From Candidatus Saccharimonadota bacterium (lineage in GTDB: Bacteria; Patescibacteriota; Gracilibacteria; Absconditabacterales; Absconditicoccaceae): a DNA stretch of 32,000 nt. The notes beneath the pieces are model-generated. The model had not been told where the DNA came from, did not search any database, and saw only the letters and a program-made list of their open reading frames with translations. Shown here piece by piece: positions 30,113 through 32,000 of the stretch; position 1 is the stretch's first letter; each line of letters starts with the position of its first letter. The DNA lies in contig CP006913.1 in the NCBI GenBank assembly GCA_000503875.1, positions 30,001-62,000 of the forward strand, in the 5' to 3' direction. The translations under genes were made by a program, and so were the position numbers.

Positions 30113-31615
30113 CTAACGTAAGAATTCAATAATTTTTGTTTCTCTAATTCCTGTGATTCTAATAATTCCAGGGTAATCAAGTTGGCTATCTATTTTTTCT
30201 CCAATAGTTTTGAGAAGTTTTTCAAGTTCGAGATCTGAAATTTCTTTTGGATTTACATACACCATAATTTCTCTACCAGCTTGCATGATATGTACTTTAT
30301 CTATACCAGGAATTTCATTAATAAGTTTTTCGAGTTCTCCCATTTTTTCAATGAAGAGTTCTTTTGTATTAAATCTAGCTCCAGGTCTAGAAGCAGACAT
30401 AGCGTCAGCAGCAGTAACGATCCAAGCATAAGGATTATCGATAGGAACATCGTAGTGATGTGCTTCTGCAGCATTAACAATAATTGGATCCATTCCAAAT
30501 TTTCTAAGAACATCAGCTCCAATTTTTGCATGAGATTCACCTGTATTAGCGATAATTTTTCCAATATCATGAAGTAATCAAGCCTTTTTTGCAAGTAAGG
30601 TATCCAAACCAAATTCACTTGCGATAGCTTCACAGATTTTTGCTACTTCAACACTGTGTTGCCACAAGTTTTGACCATAACTAAATCTGAGATAATATTG
30701 ACCAATCATTTTTACAATTTCAGGTTTCATCATAGGAATATTGAGTACAGTCAACGCTTCTTTTCCTTTTTCTGTATATAACATATCCAAATCACTAACT
30801 ACTTGATTATATGTTTTTTCAATATAGAAAGGATTTATTTTCCCGTCTTTAACCAATCTTTCAAGTGTTGTTGCCGCAATATATCTTTTTTCACTATCAA
30901 AAGAAGATAGTCTAACTACAAGAGGAGTATCATCAACAATCAATTCCACACCAGTCATTTTTTCAAAATATGAAATATTCCTTCCTTCTCTTCCGATCAA
31001 TTTTCCTTTGAAATCTTCGTTAGGAAGATCAACTGTTTTAGTAGTAAATTCACTTACCGAATCAACAGCAACCCTAGGAAGTGCCTTACTAATAATCATA
31101 GCTGCTTCTTTATCAGCTTCCTCTTTTTTGATATTTTTAAGTTTTTCAATAAAGGTCGTAAAATCATTTTGATATTCTTTTTCAATCTGATCCATCAATT
31201 GTTTTTTTGCTTCTTCTTTGCTAAGTTTTGCCATTTCAGCAAGCTTATTTACTTGTTCGTTAATTTTTTCTTCTAGATCTTTTTGTTTATCGTTGAGTTT
31301 TCCTTTTTCTTGCTCTAATTTTTCTAATTTTTCATCCATTTTTTCTTCTCTAGCAAGCAATCTATTCTGAATAACTTCCATTTTTTGTAATCTTTGGTCT
31401 TCGATTCTTTGTGCTTTTTCTTCAGCTTGTTCCATTAATTTTTCTACTTTTTTCTTTGCTTCTTCAACCATTTCTTCCTCTAATTCTTTAGCTTTATTCA
31501 TTCTTTCTTTAAATTGGATTGCTTTTTGAGTAAGGGTTCTTTTATAACCATAAAATCCTGCTGCTCACCCAAATCCTAATGCAAGCAGGTATCCAAGAAT
31601 AACAAATATGTTCAT
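30113..31615 (-). CDS. rny: Ribonuclease Y
   Basis: ATG 31615. N-terminal TM MNIFVILGYLLALGFG[G]AAGFYGY, a Glu/Lys coiled coil, a KH domain (...GKLIGREGRNISYFEKMTGVELIVDDTP...) and an HD domain (...LLAKKA[G]LLHDIGK...AAEAHH...). 500 aa with only 2 TGA. Stop TAG 30113-30115. Confidence 0.93.
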
Positions 31616-31735
31616 CGGTTTTTCAATATATTGAGATAAAAAAATCTATAGTAAAATGTCCCTAAAAAGGGCACGCAAATAAATATAGGATTTCAGTTGA
31701 GAAATGCAACGGGAAAATAATATTGTAGGAAATAT

Positions 31736-32000
31736 TTAATTTAATTTTTCCAAGATTCATCATAATTCTAACAGTTTTTCTTCTTGCCGTCTATCAGTCA
31801 TTAACTGGATTCCCATTGGTAACATTTCACCATTTTCTTCTATCATTCCTCATGGAATAGACATTGCTGGAATTCCTGCCATATTAGCCGGAATAGTGTA
31901 CATATCTTCCAAATACATAGTCAATGGATCATTGATTTTTTCTCCGATTTTTCCTGGGAGAGTAGGCGTTGTAGGGGTTATGATTGCATCATACTGTTCG
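31736..32000 (-). CDS. gatA: Glutamyl/aspartyl-tRNA amidotransferase subunit A (3' end; 5' part outside window)
   Basis: The minus frame from the window edge reads ...[47 protein letters not shown][G][29 protein letters not shown][GG]ILEKLN. Stop TAA 31736-31738. Confidence 0.85.

Noticed and set aside
31658-31674. Hairpin GTCCCT-aaaaa-GGGCAC between gatA and rny as an intrinsic terminator on the minus strand
   Set aside because: The stem is only about 4-6 bp with a bulge, and the downstream T-run is interrupted. It is not convincing enough to call.
1-32000. UGA=Trp (table 4, Mycoplasma/Spiroplasma-like), suggested by the low GC and the many in-frame TGA
   Set aside because: TGA consistently falls on invariant Gly positions: L2 GGGEG, S3 MGQK, the Adk P-loop, MraY TPTMGG, L4 GGG and lipobox LAGC. 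Conserved Trp positions are encoded by TGG.
1-32000. Selenocysteine recoding, or a genome full of pseudogenes, as explanations for the interrupted ORFs
   Set aside because: There are about 180 TGA spread over nearly all genes, including essential ribosomal proteins, with perfect frame continuity. Every gene ends in TAA or TAG. The TGA sites are not Cys or active-site positions, and no SECIS logic fits this density.
1-32000. tRNA, rRNA, CRISPR arrays, transposases, integrases or phage blocks
   Set aside because: The few intergenic regions longer than 100 bp (13567-13858, 18734-18879, 22993-23160, 23890-24002, 31616-31735) show no tRNA-like T-arm or acceptor patterns. They contain no repeat-spacer periodicity and no terminal inverted repeats. 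No reconstructed protein resembles a recombinase.

Overview
AT-rich bacterial window that is only interpretable if TGA is read as glycine (translation table 25, known from Absconditabacteria/SR1 and Gracilibacteria in the Candidate Phyla Radiation). The supplied ORF track stops at TGA, so it fragments or misses most genes. Reading through TGA gives 42 tightly packed genes that all end in TAA or TAG. (1) 1-10910 (+): an S10-spc ribosomal operon from rpsJ to rplO and secY. It has no rpmD (L30) and no adk-map-infA tail, and it ends in a bidirectional hairpin terminator. S5 and L15 carry Lys/Ala/Pro-rich C-terminal tails, and the L15 tail contains a 54-bp tandem repeat. (2) 10978-11943 (-): an ArsR/SdpR-like repressor and an SdpI-like membrane protein, with a palindromic operator over the -10 element. 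(3) 12016-15167 (+): an RlmD/RumA-type methyltransferase, an HD hydrolase and an FKBP lipoprotein. (4) 15170-19917: a mraY / Wzy_C (O-antigen-ligase-like) / membrane-anchored PilX-like operon (-), divergent from a trans-polyprenyl synthase (+). (5) 19883-22992 (-): rlmN, an RNxxxH (HEPN-like) protein and a surface protein. (6) 23161-25955: an orphan protein, a DUF4012 protein and a small basic protein. (7) 26023-32000 (-): gatA (3' end), then rny, an lgt-like gene, a large membrane protein, truD and adk. I found no rRNA, tRNA, CRISPR array or mobile element. All coordinates were derived by hand translation. Family assignments rest on recognised motifs, not on database searches.
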